A stretch of 64,000 bases of DNA from Phoronis australis (lineage: Eukaryota > Animalia > Phoronida). Within the stretch, counting starts at the first letter, position 1. Each line of letters begins with the position of its first letter. Below the pieces are notes generated by a model. The model saw nothing but the letters and a program-made list of their open reading frames with translations, was not told where the DNA came from and did not search any database. A program made the translations under genes and the position numbers. The DNA lies in assembly GCA_002633005.1 (NCBI GenBank), contig NMRA01000300.1, forward strand, positions 362,016 to 426,015. Reading direction: 5' to 3'. Positions 25,101 to 37,991 of this stretch are shown here, in pieces.

Positions 25101-27235
25101 TTAATCAGCGATATTTCATTTTTTGCATTTTTGGCTAACTTCCGTCGCGTATTGCTAGGATAGTAATCAATGTTATCATTTCACTTTTTTCTTTGTCGAC
25201 TAACATCAGACTGGCCCGTATATCTAGGCCATTCATACCTCACCAGTTCTAACCGTTACGAATATATAATTTAATTAGGATGCATAGTTTCCATTTGTTT
25301 TAATTCTAAATTTTAGGAGTTTTTTAATCAAATGTACCGCAAAAAGCCGTTGGGCAAATGGAGGAAACGTCAGTGACAAGTTGGATCATAGCTATTATGA
25401 CGTCACCGAAAATAAAAGCTTGTAATATATATTTATTGACATTTGGCATATTATCAGCAGTGTCTTCTAAGATGAACGATCGTCGATTTCAACCGACGGG
25501 CAACTTCAATTAACAGAAATCTATAGATAACGGACAATCTGTAAGATTGAAACGTCTATTACTAACTGATATGGTGCACGGACATCTTAATGGAATGGAC
25601 TCGTCGTGATTTGCATACACGGCGGCAGAGTGAACGCGGGCACATTGGCAGCTAAGGACGAGTCTCATTGATTTCGAATGATTTCAAGCACAAAAGATTG
25701 TTAAATCTGTCCACAGTTAAAGTAATTTGCATGCATAATGAGGAAGGTGATTACACCTGGATATTATGGCCACTTGTCCCGTTGTTCACGTCACTGTTAT
25801 ATGAAGTAATAAGGCTGTATGGGGGAGATTTTAGAACGACGCACAGCTCGGCGTCAACGTAGGTTCCCGGAAACGTGAACAAAAATGAAATTCGTCAACT
25901 GTAAATGATTTCAAAACTCAATTAACCGGTGCACTAAACGTTCTAACTCAGTGTCACAGTGTGCGTATTTAGACTGCCATGCATTTATCGCGTATTTGAT
26001 GGCTTTGGGAACTCGTCTCCCAAGTCAATTACCCTCGCAGAAATAACGATAGGAAACATTTTGCTATCATTTGGCGATCATTTGATTGGAAGTGGAGAAT
26101 AAAATTAAGCAAGTCTTTTAATCAGGCCTGTTCATCACCATATAAACAAGTTAATTATCGCAAGCTCATTGTTTTTATACACGCACTCGGCTACTCTGCT
26201 TTAATCCTTTAACTGTTCTATAATTGTCATAGTCTGTTATTGGGATTAATTGCAATAGGGATGGATAAATGGACATTTATCACTCGCTCAATTATAGCAA
26301 GAAACATACTATCTGATACTGTAGATTACATGGCCACGGGTAAAGCTTCTTTTAACTGATGCGCGGAAGATACAAGGGCTACAAAATATGGGATTACTTA
26401 GTAAACAATCTAACTCAGTAACTGCGCATCACATAGGTGACACTGAACGGTTAGACTGCGGCCGCGGCCAATTTGCACTCCCCAAAATATTAACATCTAG
26501 GGATAGGCCAGGCTTGAGGGTATTTTTCAGTTAGGTATTGTACGTAGGCCAAGTGAATTTGGTTTGTTTGTATTTGTGAACATGCTGAAAATTAAAAAAG
26601 GCCACTTTCTTGGCTGTAGTTGCACTCTTCTTCAAGACGGTGGCCCCCTGTTGCAGTTGTGCATTGCTGTGTAGCGACTGAGAAATTGGCCGCGATTTCA
26701 GGTAGCCCTCAAACAAGCAAGATTTGCAAAAAAACTATTTGGTTGACAGTACTTTTGGTCGGACCACATTTTTGGAATTGGTAGGAAATTTGCTTTCGGA
26801 ATATAATGTTGGCTTTAGTCGAGCATCGGCAAGGAAGTGGTGGTTTTGGGGTGAAAAGTGCCGATTTTGCATTTTTTGTCCTTATTTTTCTTAGTCTAGC
26901 TTGGTTTCCACTGGGCCGGAGTGAAATGGTCAAAAATGCAAGAGAGAACAAAGTTTCTGTTCTCATCTGTAGGGCTTGTGATGTGAAATGACTCAAAACT
27001 TTTCTTTATTTGCATGCAGTTTTTGACAGAGTGAAGAAAGGGTGAAGAGTCCCCCGTGTGTTCTGATAGGCAAATCCCTGTGAGAACTGTTCAGTGCCTG
27101 CATACCGGGGTGTTGAAAAAGCACCGCCTGGCGTTGTGGATATACTGTTGCGACATCTTTTGTTTATACGAGGAATACCACAACATATCTAGCGAGGCCA
27201 TCTATAAGCGGGTTACAACAATGTGATATCCATCC

Positions 27236-27308
27236 GATTCCGTAGTGTAGTGGCTATCACATCTGCCTAACACGCAGAAGGTCCTCGGTTCGAAACCGGG
27301 CGGAATCA
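27236..27308 (+). tRNA. trnV: tRNA-Val, anticodon AAC
   Basis: 73 nt; acceptor GATTCCG/CGGAATC; anticodon arm TCTGC-CTAACAC-GCAGA; T arm CTCGG-TTCGAAA-CCGGG; discriminator A; TTTTT Pol III terminator at 27310. Confidence 0.93.
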
Positions 27309-27377
27309 ATTTTTATAATTTGTTTTGCATTAACGCCTAAAATTGCGTGAGTTATCAGATGGGACCAGGCGTGCGTT

Positions 27378-28587
27378 CAGTAACGCTAGGGCCAAGTCAC
27401 GCGTTCTCATTCAAGATACACGGCAATATCTCACGTTATCTAGCGAAGTCTTGCATGCTTGTTAGCGAGGTCCTAGTTTTACTGAACGGGAGGCATGGTA
27501 GACGGTTCCGAGTCGGTAAAAATCTAGCCAAATCACGTGTTCTCATTTAAAATACGCGGTAATATCTCACGTAATGCTTGCGAAATCTCGTAAGCCAACA
27601 CCAGCCTCTGCCGGTGATATCCAGTCACAGTGACATGCTGCGTTTCAGAAGGAAGAAACAACGACACCTTGTAAAAGCAAACCCACGTGATCAGTGCTGC
27701 TCTTGATAACTTGTCTGCTGTTTCTGTGCTAGCAGATTCGCCAAATATCGGCGATTGCTACGACATTTTGGTGAGCGAATACCTTGGCCGAGATAGTTTC
27801 GCCACCTGGTGACTGACCAAGAACTGACAAACAAAATGTCATGGAAATTCCAGCAGCTATGGAGACAACACGAGTCCGCTGCAGGGGCGGATCCAGGATT
27901 TTGANNNNNNNNNNNNNNNNNNNNNNNNNNNNNNNNNNNNNNNNNNNNNNNNNNNNNNNNNNGGGGGGGGGGGGTGCAGGGCAGAGTATTAGCCAGGATT
28001 TTCACTGTCAAACATTGGCACCGCCGAACTGTCAAATGGAATTTGGGAAAATCCGCCGCTGCGCTGGTGGAAAGCAAAAATGAACTCGTAACGTGGACAT
28101 TGAAAGATTTTAGAAGCAGTACACAATTGTGGATGTGCCATTAACAACGTGTTGCGAAGATGTCAACGAAGAATGTTGAATTAATTTGCTCAATACACGT
28201 TACAGCTTCAAGTTCCAGCGCGCAGTCAGCTTTGTGCTAGCAAAACTTTCGAAAGTCTTGGTTATCGGATTGCGACTGAGAAGAAACTGAGGAAGCGGCA
28301 AACAGTCCCAGGTTATCAAAAGCATTGGTCGCTAGGTAGTGTTTTGCTGTTTGATATTGCATGGGTCAGTCTTCTTTTAATTGCTTTGAAAATAACGTGG
28401 ATTAAACTCACTACCAGGTATGAGAAAGATAATGTACTCTGGGTAGGTGAGAGCTCATTAACGCTTGGACCTCACTAAACAGCAAGGCTTCGCGAGATTA
28501 CGTGAGATATTACCGCGTATTTTAAGTGAGAACACGTGATTTTGGATAGATTTTAGCGAAGTTCTAGCGTAGGTCTTGGCGTTACTG
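27378..28587. mobile_element. ~1.2-kb non-autonomous DNA transposon (CAG-start TIR, long subterminal inverted repeats) with a nested CAGGGGCGGATCC MITE at 27881
   Basis: CAGTAACGC...GCGTTACTG; arms AAATCACGTGTTCTCATTTAAAATACGCGGTAATATCTCACGTAAT (27530-27575) vs its reverse complement near 28497-28542; flanks GCGTT/GTGTT. Confidence 0.65.
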
Positions 28588-29396
28588 GTGTTGGCTTTCC
28601 AAGTAAATCAAAATCACCCGGCATGCTTCTTAGCAACAACGTCACGTGCACTCACACATTTTGGTGTTTGATAACTTGAGCAAGACTGTACAAAGTCTGT
28701 CATTCTGACAGTGAAATTACGTCTTAGTAGCGAGCTCGTACAGGGAGAGACTCATGATGCGATTCTCATTGGGCAAAGAAAAAAAACAATTGGTTATTAA
28801 TATAAACTAAATAGTTACAAATGAGATCAAACAATCAATCTTATGAGATATAAATTGAGTGGGTAGTCTCGTCCCTGTGGACACCCTAGAAATTAGTAAC
28901 AAGAAAAATACGGACAAAAAAGCAGATACTGTATACCGTTTTCAAGGGCGCAACTTAATTTGTTCTATGTGAGACTTGAGCCCGTGTAAAGCCAATCCAC
29001 CCACACCCACGTTTTTCTAAAATGATCCCTGTCATAGCGAGAAAATATAAATTGCGAGTTATTTTCTCAATAGCCGCATTAGTAACGGTTTTCAGTGTGA
29101 AATTTGGTATTTAAGGACATGGCTTTCTAAGGCGCCGTTAGCTTGTGGTGTTTCCGATTTTGTTTGCAAATTTTTTAGAAGCTGTAACGATGCCTAGGTA
29201 GACGGTGAATCATCAGTTTGTGACAAAAAGTTAAACACAAATTTTACCAAAATTCAATGTTCATAAAAAGTTTACATAGATATAACATAAGGTAATTTAG
29301 AAACTCGTCAAAAGGCTTGTTTTTGGCAACTTTTTAGTCGATTACAGCCGCACCTACAAAAACAAATTTTACATGTTACTAGATTTGCGTATAAAA

Positions 29397-29571
29397 CAGT
29401 GGCGGATTTAGAGGGGGGGGGGGNNNGGGGGGGGGGGGCAATGGGCCATGACTCCCCCCTAAAATTATTCCAGATCCCATTTGGCAGTTCGGGGGTGCGA
29501 ATGTCTAACGGGCAAAATCTTGGCTAATTCTGTGCCCTGCCCCCCAACTCAAAATCCTGGATCCGCCCTTG
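29397..29571 (+). mobile_element. CAGTGGCGGA-type MITE with 5-bp TSD TAAAA
   Basis: TAAAA|CAGTGGCGGATTTAG...CTGGATCCGCCCTTG|TAAAA. Confidence 0.75.
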
Positions 29572-31914
29572 TAAAACACCTCAATTCTCAGTCCATCTGT
29601 ATTAAACACGTAACATTGTCAGATGAGTGATATATCCAGGCGAAACGTCCGATCTCCCTCACCTCACGATGGAACACTTCACTGCTCGTGTTTGGAGTGG
29701 ATTTCTCCCGATCCCCAGTCGCAAGTCCAACGGGATTGCCAACATTTTGAAATTTGGCATAAAACACAACGTTTGGCCTCAGTAGGAACTTACACACGTG
29801 ACTCATTACGTATGTGATTTTCATTTTCTCTCCCCTTACTTTTCACACCCGTCTCCCTTTCGCGCCCCATTTGAGCAGGTGTCTGCCCGGGGCCATCATA
29901 CTAGTCTTTTCACTCACCCGACGAAGAGCTGCTTACAGTGAACCTGCTCGAGAGCGATACTTTATATTGCTGGAGAATAAGGGTGTATTTCATACCTTAA
30001 ATTATCTTGATTAAACTGTCAAATTTCGACCGACTATATTTAATTAAAAAATTATCAGTGAGTGTTAACACACGTATTGCAACACACTGTTCCGATAGAC
30101 AATTGATTTGATGAGTGTTTTGAAATTTCATTGCTGTTGACGTTTAAATGACGTTTAGTTATCACGCGTCACGTTGCTCTTGTTGAACTTTTGTCGTTCA
30201 ACGAGGGATTGGTCTTGAGTTGGTGTAGACGCCCTTATTAACTAATGATCTTTTTACGAACCCCCTGACTTGTGTCTTCAAGTGAACGTGCATTACGACT
30301 GCACGTGCATTACACCTCGGCGTGTATACTAGCCATATAACTACAGCGCATGTCAGGCGATCACATGGCCGGGACCACGATCAGTTATAACCAATCAAAT
30401 GACGCACAGGGAAAATTCGATAATACACGAGAAGTTACACCAAACGAAATAACAAACGTATTTCGAAGGTCAAGCTCTAATTGCAAACGAAGAATTGGAG
30501 ACTACATAGCTGGTGTGAAGTGAACTGGCAAAATACGCGCAAACACTGCGTTTCGAGTCATCTACGAAAATCTACAAGGAAACAACCTAAACACGCTTCT
30601 ACGTCACGCCAACATCTGAAAGTCTCGTTAGTGCTTGTCTATCGATGATAATGATAGACGAATATTAAGAGGCTCTCACGAGATCTGAGGAGGATACGAT
30701 CGCGCAGTCTTCAAATAGGCAACTTCATCATCTACAACTCAAGTATTTAGAGGTAGGTGTCAATTTATCACAATTAGTTAGAAAATTGCTTCATTCTGAT
30801 TTAATCTTTTGATCATAAAAGCACATTCGATTCTAGCTTGCGCCTGCGTCCTTATTTCAAAACTAATGTGAGGTGACACATTTAAAAAAAAACAAGGCTA
30901 TAAAACCTCAGCGTCATTCTTCAAAACAACGACAGAACACAACACAACTACGTCAGCTGTTTGAGCTCGAAATGCCAGTATTTTTCTACACTTGCCACGA
31001 ATTGCGTGTTGTTTATTCCTTGTTCTTATTTCAACACTTCTACCCGCGGGTAGCAGTGTGATAACATGGATATCAGTAAAAGAGAAATGAAAATGTAGGA
31101 CAATTCCATTTCTTTTAATACGCTATATAAACCTTGTTGGTCCCTGCCTCGAGTTCACAACAGTAGCGGCCCCGGTTCGAATTCATCCAGTCATTGAGTA
31201 CTCGAAGGGAGATGAACGTTTTTAGATGTAAATTAATATTAAATCTAGTTCCTTTCTCCCGACCAGCTGTAGACATAAGCGACTCCTTACAAAATAAAGT
31301 ATTACAGAATATTCAAGCTGTTGCGACTTCTTGGAAGGCGGAGGGGGATGCGGGGGGAGGTGGTATTCATCGTCAGGGCAACTTTTCCCACATGACCGAG
31401 AATGTAGGAGAATTAATAACGAAGTCTGGTGACTGCGCAATTCTGTAATAGTTACAACCAGACACTTTTGGTTTTTACATATTTAGGCAACATGACAGGT
31501 AAACGGTATTTTGTCTGATTACTTTTAGTCTTGCACTGTATTTGCAATTCGTTGAAAGGACTTTTTCAGTTGCAAAAACGTAACACGTTTGTGACGAAAG
31601 TCATCGCACACAGACTGCAAAATAATTAAAAATGTCCTGTTTCTAGCCAAATTTTGATGAACGAGGGTCTGGTGAGGGAAACAAAATATTTTAAAGGCAC
31701 ATTTACAGAAATTTGTTTCAAATAGAAATGAAATTGGTTTGCGTCTCTCTTCTCGTGTTGATTTACATTGTACTATAGACCAATACAGTTTCATTCAGTT
31801 TCCAGACCGAAATATTAATTTTTCTCTTATTGTCATTTCCCGGTAGCTATCAACGAATTTTGCGAATCCAACGATGTATATTGGGGAAAACGCGAAGCTA
31901 GTTAAACCGGCTTG

Positions 31915-32165
31915 GCTACGTAGTACGCTCCAGTAGCGTGAACGATACATGGTACATAGTACGTTCCAGTTGCGTAAACGATACATGCTACGTTGTACGT
32001 TGCAGTAGCGTGAACTCGATACATATAGTACGTAGTACGTTTCAGTAGCGTGAGCGATACATATTAGGTAATACGTTGCAGTAGCGTGAACGATTCATGG
32101 TACGTAGTACGTTCCAGTAGCCTGAACGATACCTGCACATTGTGCGAAGTACGTTCCAGCAGGCG
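31915..32165. repeat. Degenerate ~36-bp tandem repeat (TACGTAGTACGTTCCAGTAGCGTGAACGATACATGG), about 7 copies
   Basis: Units at 31917, 31953 and onward. Confidence 0.8.
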
Positions 32166-34082
32166 TGATCTATACATTTCAATGTAAGAACGACGAAACA
32201 CCTGAGAAATCAACTGACTTTGTAATGTTTTGCTTCAATACGATTAGATAGAATGACCTTTACTGAATGTGCGTCTGGTATGTAGTAAGGATGTTTTGAT
32301 GGTTGCGAGTGTCAAACACTTTCTCTTTACACTTGATTTTAGTTGAAAACTAGTCACGTTTGACGCCGGCGCTCTATGTGCCCTCGAAGCCTGCACTACT
32401 GAGCTGCGTTTTATATACCCAAGAACAAAGAACTTGCGACAAGAAATGCCGCTTAGTGAAACAGAAACAGTGAATTCTATCCCAAAATTCAAAATTCCAA
32501 CCTCACCAACCAATCAGACGCCATTTTGCTAGGCACTCTAGCAAGCTCTTGGACGAACTTGCAAAACAATCGCCTTTTAATTGCGGAGTCTTATTTTTCG
32601 CGAGATGCTATCACAACGCTATTCAGGATGTACAGATTTCCCTATAATGCTTTAGTAACATAAAGCCATGATATAAACTCACAAACGCTGGTACATCAAA
32701 TGTACGGTAAGGAGCCTTTTTGCACGATATTGCTTAGACACGAGAAAAAAAAACAACAACAAAGCATGACCGAAAGCAAAAGTTTTGAACATTCTCGAGT
32801 AACAGTGATAGACAAACGTATCTGTGGCGCGTGAAGGTATATTGAACAGAAGAACGCCCATGTATAAGGGTGTTTGATTTAACTGAGGATTTTCGCGGTG
32901 TCCTAAACAAAAGTCAGGTAATAAACATAACGTTCGGAAATTTATGACTTCACTGCATCAGCCACTTTTAACATCTTGTAGAAACTAAATTTTCATATGT
33001 TACCGTCACAGGTAGGCTTTGATGAAGTGAGCTCTTTGCTTCATTATAACGACAAATCTACGTCTTAACATATTCGATTAGATGGACCAATTGCAATTAA
33101 CGGAAGAGTAAAAACAATAATGAACTTAACGAAGGAAGTTACTAAGGAGATTACTCACCGTGTGTTTGAATGTGTACTAAACTACAAGCATGAACGCTTC
33201 CTAAATTAAGCGTGTATAGTAGTGTATAATGTGGACTGATGGCCCCACCGTAGTCTAAATAAACACAAATTTGATGGTGATCTATTTTTTTAAGAGCTGA
33301 ACGAAACACGGATTCTAAGAAAAGCGCATTTTTAAATAATGTTTTTAAATAACGGAAAAACTGTGAGTCAGTATATCCAGAAACCAACAGTTTGCTGGTC
33401 ATTTTTATACAGAAAACAATAGTTTACAATTAAGTATTTCACAACGACGTAATAAAATATTGTATCTTCTATTTTGAGAGAGTAAGTGATTTCAGCTTGT
33501 TTTAGGCCATCTTCTTAGCCCACTAAAAAGTTGTACCGAGCTCGAAAAATGCAATTGATACTGCTGGTACTAAGAATGCTCACGTCTTTGTTCACAACAC
33601 TTCGTCGTGTCTTACACGATCTTGGTTTTGATCTGAGGTTGATAGGTGTTTCAACTCACAATGAACATACTGATAAAGCATAACTACATGTATACAATTT
33701 TCAACGAAACGGGAGTGAAAATATACTTTTGAAACGTTCCTTAAAGTGCTTTTCCGTGGTTTCATTTCACAGAAAACACCCGTTTATTCTTGTGGTTTTA
33801 ACAAAATCGCACGTTGGCCGGGTACAGGTAAGTAATTACCATCCAAATTTCCAACATAATTATAACATCTGGTGAATTGAGTTAAAACGATTAATAAAGA
33901 TTTTTGCCTTGACAACTGAGTTATCTCAAATTGGAGCACGATAACGCTCGAACGTATGATGTATTTTTGTGTTTCAGACAGAAGCCGAACAACCTATCCG
34001 ACCAACACATAAGAGAACTTGCTATACGGAAATCTTTGTAAAAACAATTTTATATAAATTAAATATCTACTTAATTCCAAAA

Positions 34083-34356
34083 ATGACACTTTCAAAAGCG
34101 CATTTAATTATCGCCTGTACAATTTTTTTATTCTTCGTATCTCATAACGAGGCTAAAAGGAAAGGCGATCGCCAGAAAAACAAAGCATCCAATGGGAACA
34201 ATGATCAAGGCACGTGCGAGCTTGAGGTCACGTGCCGTGGAGAATCGCCACTGCCAGTCAAGCTGCCAATTCAGGGACCGAAAGGAGATCCCGGTGACAG
34301 GGGACTTAGAGGGGAGAAAGGACCGAAAGGAGACCAAGGGGAGCAGGGAATGCCAG
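34083..34356 (+). CDS. C1q-domain/collagen protein (C1QL/C1QTNF-like), exon 1: signal peptide, Cys pair and short Gly-X-Y stretch; CDS join 34083..34356,38612..38820,40445..40561,40981..41067 (228 aa)
   Basis: Signal-like MTLSKAHLIIACTIFLFFVSHNEA; GPKGDPGDRGLRGEKGPKGDQGEQGMPG; donor CCAG|GTAAAA, phase 1. Confidence 0.88.
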
Positions 34357-34479
34357 GTAAAAAGTTTATTTGACAGCCTTGTAATATAAGCCCGCGCGCG
34401 TTCCGTAGGCACGAGAGCCTCGCGAAAACACAAGATCACATAAGATTTCGTCAGATGTCACGTTTTATGAGGGAAATAA

Positions 34480-34554
34480 CACGGGCGGCGCAGCACTGAA
34501 AAAAGTGGGGGGATGGGCTATAGCCCTGCAGCCCCCTATGGTGCGCCACCCATG
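34480..34554 (-). mobile_element. 75-bp monomeric micro-MITE with 5-bp TSD AATAA
   Basis: AATAA|CACGGGCGGCGCA...TGCGCCACCCATG|AATAA. Confidence 0.75.
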
Positions 34555-34648
34555 AATAAGTGATCACACTAACCAATTAAATCAATTTTTGGCCATAGTA
34601 AGATTAAGAACCGGGCAATCGCCGCACAAATAAAAACGTTCAAGTTCA

Positions 34649-34685
34649 ATCAACGTTTCGTCTGTTCGTTAGACATCATCAGGAT
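34649..34685 (-). ncRNA. Minimal type I hammerhead ribozyme-like motif, antisense in C1q intron 1
   Basis: Minus strand: ATC-CTGATGA-T-GTCT-aacgaac-AGAC-GAAA-CG-TT-GAT. Both core boxes, a 4-bp stem II, palindromic AACGTT stem III and a 3-bp stem I are present. Confidence 0.55.
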
Positions 34686-35761
34686 AATTATTTACTAAGG
34701 ACAGTAATTATATATATATCAACTTTTGAAAATGAAAAAGCGGAAAGTCTGAATCTAGGCAAATGACTCAAGAAGCAAATGACCGCCGCAACACCCAGAA
34801 ACACACGGCATTTTTTGTTCCTGTCTGTAATTGGGATATAGGAGTAAAGCGTGTGAAAAAGCACTAAAGTATACTGTTTAATATGTACAGTAAATTTCGC
34901 CTGGCTTTTCAGGAACCTGGACATTTTGATGTTGTGGCGGTAAGCGGAACAAAGCTTCAAAAAGCGTTTGTAGCGAGACAAACCAAGTGCACGTAATTTG
35001 CTAATGTGCACTGTATAGAGCAGACATGTGATGTGTTCACGTTACACTTAATAGCTCTAACTAACTGTACATGCGGAAAACATTTCGCCCTGGTAAATCA
35101 GTGCAAAATGTCAGCGTTTGTTTTGACTTAGTTATTGTACGCCAATCGTGTATTCTGTGCGGTTCGCTTACGCAAAAAGGGAAGCAAAACACTTTAATCA
35201 TATTACAAATTTCTACGCCTAATCGAAAATCCGTTTAATGAAAGTTCTTGTTCAAAACGGATAGATAAATTGCTTCAGCACAATAATACGTCTTGCCCTT
35301 TTAGCAATGATACATTTTGGGTAATTAATTCGGCTAATGAAGAGAATTGACGAACTAATTGGTTGGAGAAAATCGATTAGATAAACGCCAGCACTGCGAG
35401 CAGTCCGCGCAGTAGACTTCTACAACTCGAACGAAGACAAATGCGTACGTGGACGTACATGTACGTACGTAAAAGTATAACTTTCGTTCTAAATGCATTT
35501 ATCTCAAATCGGAATTTAACTATAAATTTACCATTTAAGCTATTGTAATTGAGCTATGGACAACTATTATCGGTTTACCTAAAACAGGTAATGGTGTTTT
35601 AACAGATATTAATTTCAAAAGAACAAAATTAGTGTTTTGTAACCATCGCCAAGGGTCTTACGTTTGTAACACATTTCAAAGTCACGTTTCTGCTAACGAA
35701 TTTTGGGAGTGATAAAACACATTCTTATTATCCCAAATGTTTCTGCTCACTAAATCAAGGA

Positions 35762-35867
35762 CCCTGCACATGAGGCTGGCAGAAGCCGTAGTAAGGCCCC
35801 CGCATACGAGGCTGGCAGCAGACGTGGTTAAAGTCCCCGCAGACGAGGCTGGCAGCAGCCGTGGTTG
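35762..35867. repeat. ~37-bp tandem repeat x3 (CCCCGCAnACGAGGCTGGCAGCAGCCGTGGT...)
   Basis: Read directly. Confidence 0.7.
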
Positions 35868-36424
35868 TCATCATCACTAACCATCTCCCGATTCTTTTCT
35901 CATTCAATTTGCTGTAACCTCGTTTTGGGGCTTTCGTGCAGATTTTTGAGCTGTCCTCGGACTCTGTATTTGTCTACGTACCGCAAAGTCTGATAAGCAA
36001 TCCAGTTTTCAACTGAATTGAAGGGCGGCAATTGTAGCATGTATTTTATTATAGTGGCACATGTGCACAGTGTACAGTCACTATAGAGCACTTATGTTTC
36101 GATGTCGCTGGCGACAATATGTGTCGATGTTGACCGCGTATATTGTCGCACTCAGGAGGACTCGGCATGTGTCGTCGCCTGAGCGAAAATATGTATACTT
36201 ACATGTACACTGTATATGTCACAATATTGCTTCAGCTCCCGTTTCAAAACGCGTTTTCAGCGAGACAATACTGAGAACAAGTTTACTGAGGGCGAATTAA
36301 ATGTCTAGTGCAATGACAAGCATGCACGTTCAGGACACACCTGTCTGCCATGGCTGCCATGTCTATCGAAACGTTGGAATCAAGCACGTGACGAGGTGCT
36401 GAATGTTGAGCGCGAATCAATTAA

Positions 36425-37991
36425 AGGTGAATGCCACCCGATTTAAATAGTCTTTTTTACAGTCTTAATCGGGCTATATCCACATCACCTCTTATACGGT
36501 TGACCTCACCTTGCCGAGAGGTGTCGCGTTAACCTGTGAGGAGGGTGAGAAACGACGCAGCGACGTCAGTGGTTCGTCTGCAGAGTGAGTGCCGCTATAT
36601 TGCGGTGCATCGTTCCCGCATGTCCGAACTATGAAGCTGCGAAGAAATCGGGTATATCGTGTTTTCGGCTTCCTCGAGAGCCCGAAATGCTTAGGAAGTG
36701 GCTCGCGGTAGTGAAGACTGAAAGGTACGCTGTTAATACCAAGAATGAGGCCGTGAAACATCTCCGTGTCTGGGCCAGCATTTCGTCGACAGTGATTTCT
36801 CTGACGAATTCCGGGTTACCAAAGAACTATCCATACGTTCCGTTGCCTGTGCTTGCTCACGGCGCCTCTCTAGTATTTCTTGATCAGTGTATTCCGGTTC
36901 GAACTGATAGCCTGTGAAACCTATAACGATTCGACCCGTGAAGTCTTCTTCGGATGAGCTCTTGACTAAGTCGGGATTGGCGCCCGGCGAGTTGCCATGT
37001 AGGCCTAGACGTTTGTTATTCTGCGTTCTGTTTCAAAATGAATTATTCTCATCCTAACCAAAATTGAAACAAAGTCTGTCTCATTAGATACAATTTGTAA
37101 TGCCTTGGAGTGCTCGTGATTGCAAATGTTTTGAGAGGCCAGCAATGAATAAACCACTGCGTTACCGGCTTTTGATACCGACAACAAAGGTAACTGACCG
37201 GGCACCGAGGCCGTGTGAGCGCATACTAATTCAGTGTTTGCTGACAGAAAGCTGTTGTGAAACAGTTACTCGATTTTATATGCTATGGTCACATGTTAGG
37301 GGAATCTTTATTTAGAAATACAAATACGTTATTCAAATCGACAACCTTTGCCCTCACGGACTGTGGAAGGGGAACCCGACTTCGCGGCCCCCGACAAGTA
37401 AGAAGATTTAAGTTCAGTTTCGTGGCTAATTCACATAAGTTATTACGTGCACATCATTTCTTTGGCTCACCATTATAGTCTTTTTGTGACTGGAGGTTTA
37501 CTTTCCAACTCAAACTGGTTTATGTTCGTGCCGCGACGGGCCTGATCGGGTTCCGCGTTTTGTGTGTTTAGAACTCAAAAAATCACAAGTATAAACAACA
37601 CAGATCTAGGTTCTCCTGTCTGTATATCACGTAAAAATACTTCGAATTTATCTCCGAGCAGACCCCAAACTCCTGCTACGAACCTTGGTAAATTGGCCTG
37701 CCGAACTTTGTAGGCTACGGTGTGTCAAAATACCAGTAAATCCGTACACGTTTTTATAAGAACTCGGTGTATTTTTAAGGGTTTTACATCGAAGATTGAT
37801 GATATATCGGTGTTAAACGATGAATTTAAGCGATAAGCTATCACCAGTAACCCGTGTTGTGAACTGCTCAACCGTCTGCGTGCGAAAGCAATTACGTCAT
37901 TGGATAATTTCAACCGAACGTGCCGTTATGAAGTAGAACTATTCCATCTAAATTGATACAAAATGGGATGTTTTTTGGGTGGCATTCTCCT
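36425..37991 (+). mobile_element. Kolobok-like DNA transposon derivative (1567 bp) in C1q intron 1
   Basis: TTAA|AGGTGAATGCCACCC ... GGGTGGCATTCTCCT|TTAA (15-bp TIR, 1 mismatch, TTAA TSD); carries a THAP domain remnant. Confidence 0.8.
36585..36840 (+). pseudogene. Frameshifted THAP zinc-finger (transposase N-terminus)
   Basis: CIVPAC..CFRLP..LRKWL..LRV, then a 1-nt frameshift near 36770 gives [C]GQHFVDSDF, completing the C2CH THAP signature. Confidence 0.75.

Noticed and set aside
20465-32165. Tandem arrays (31-bp and 36-bp units) as CRISPR-like arrays
   Set aside because: There are no unique spacers and no cas genes, and the context is eukaryotic.
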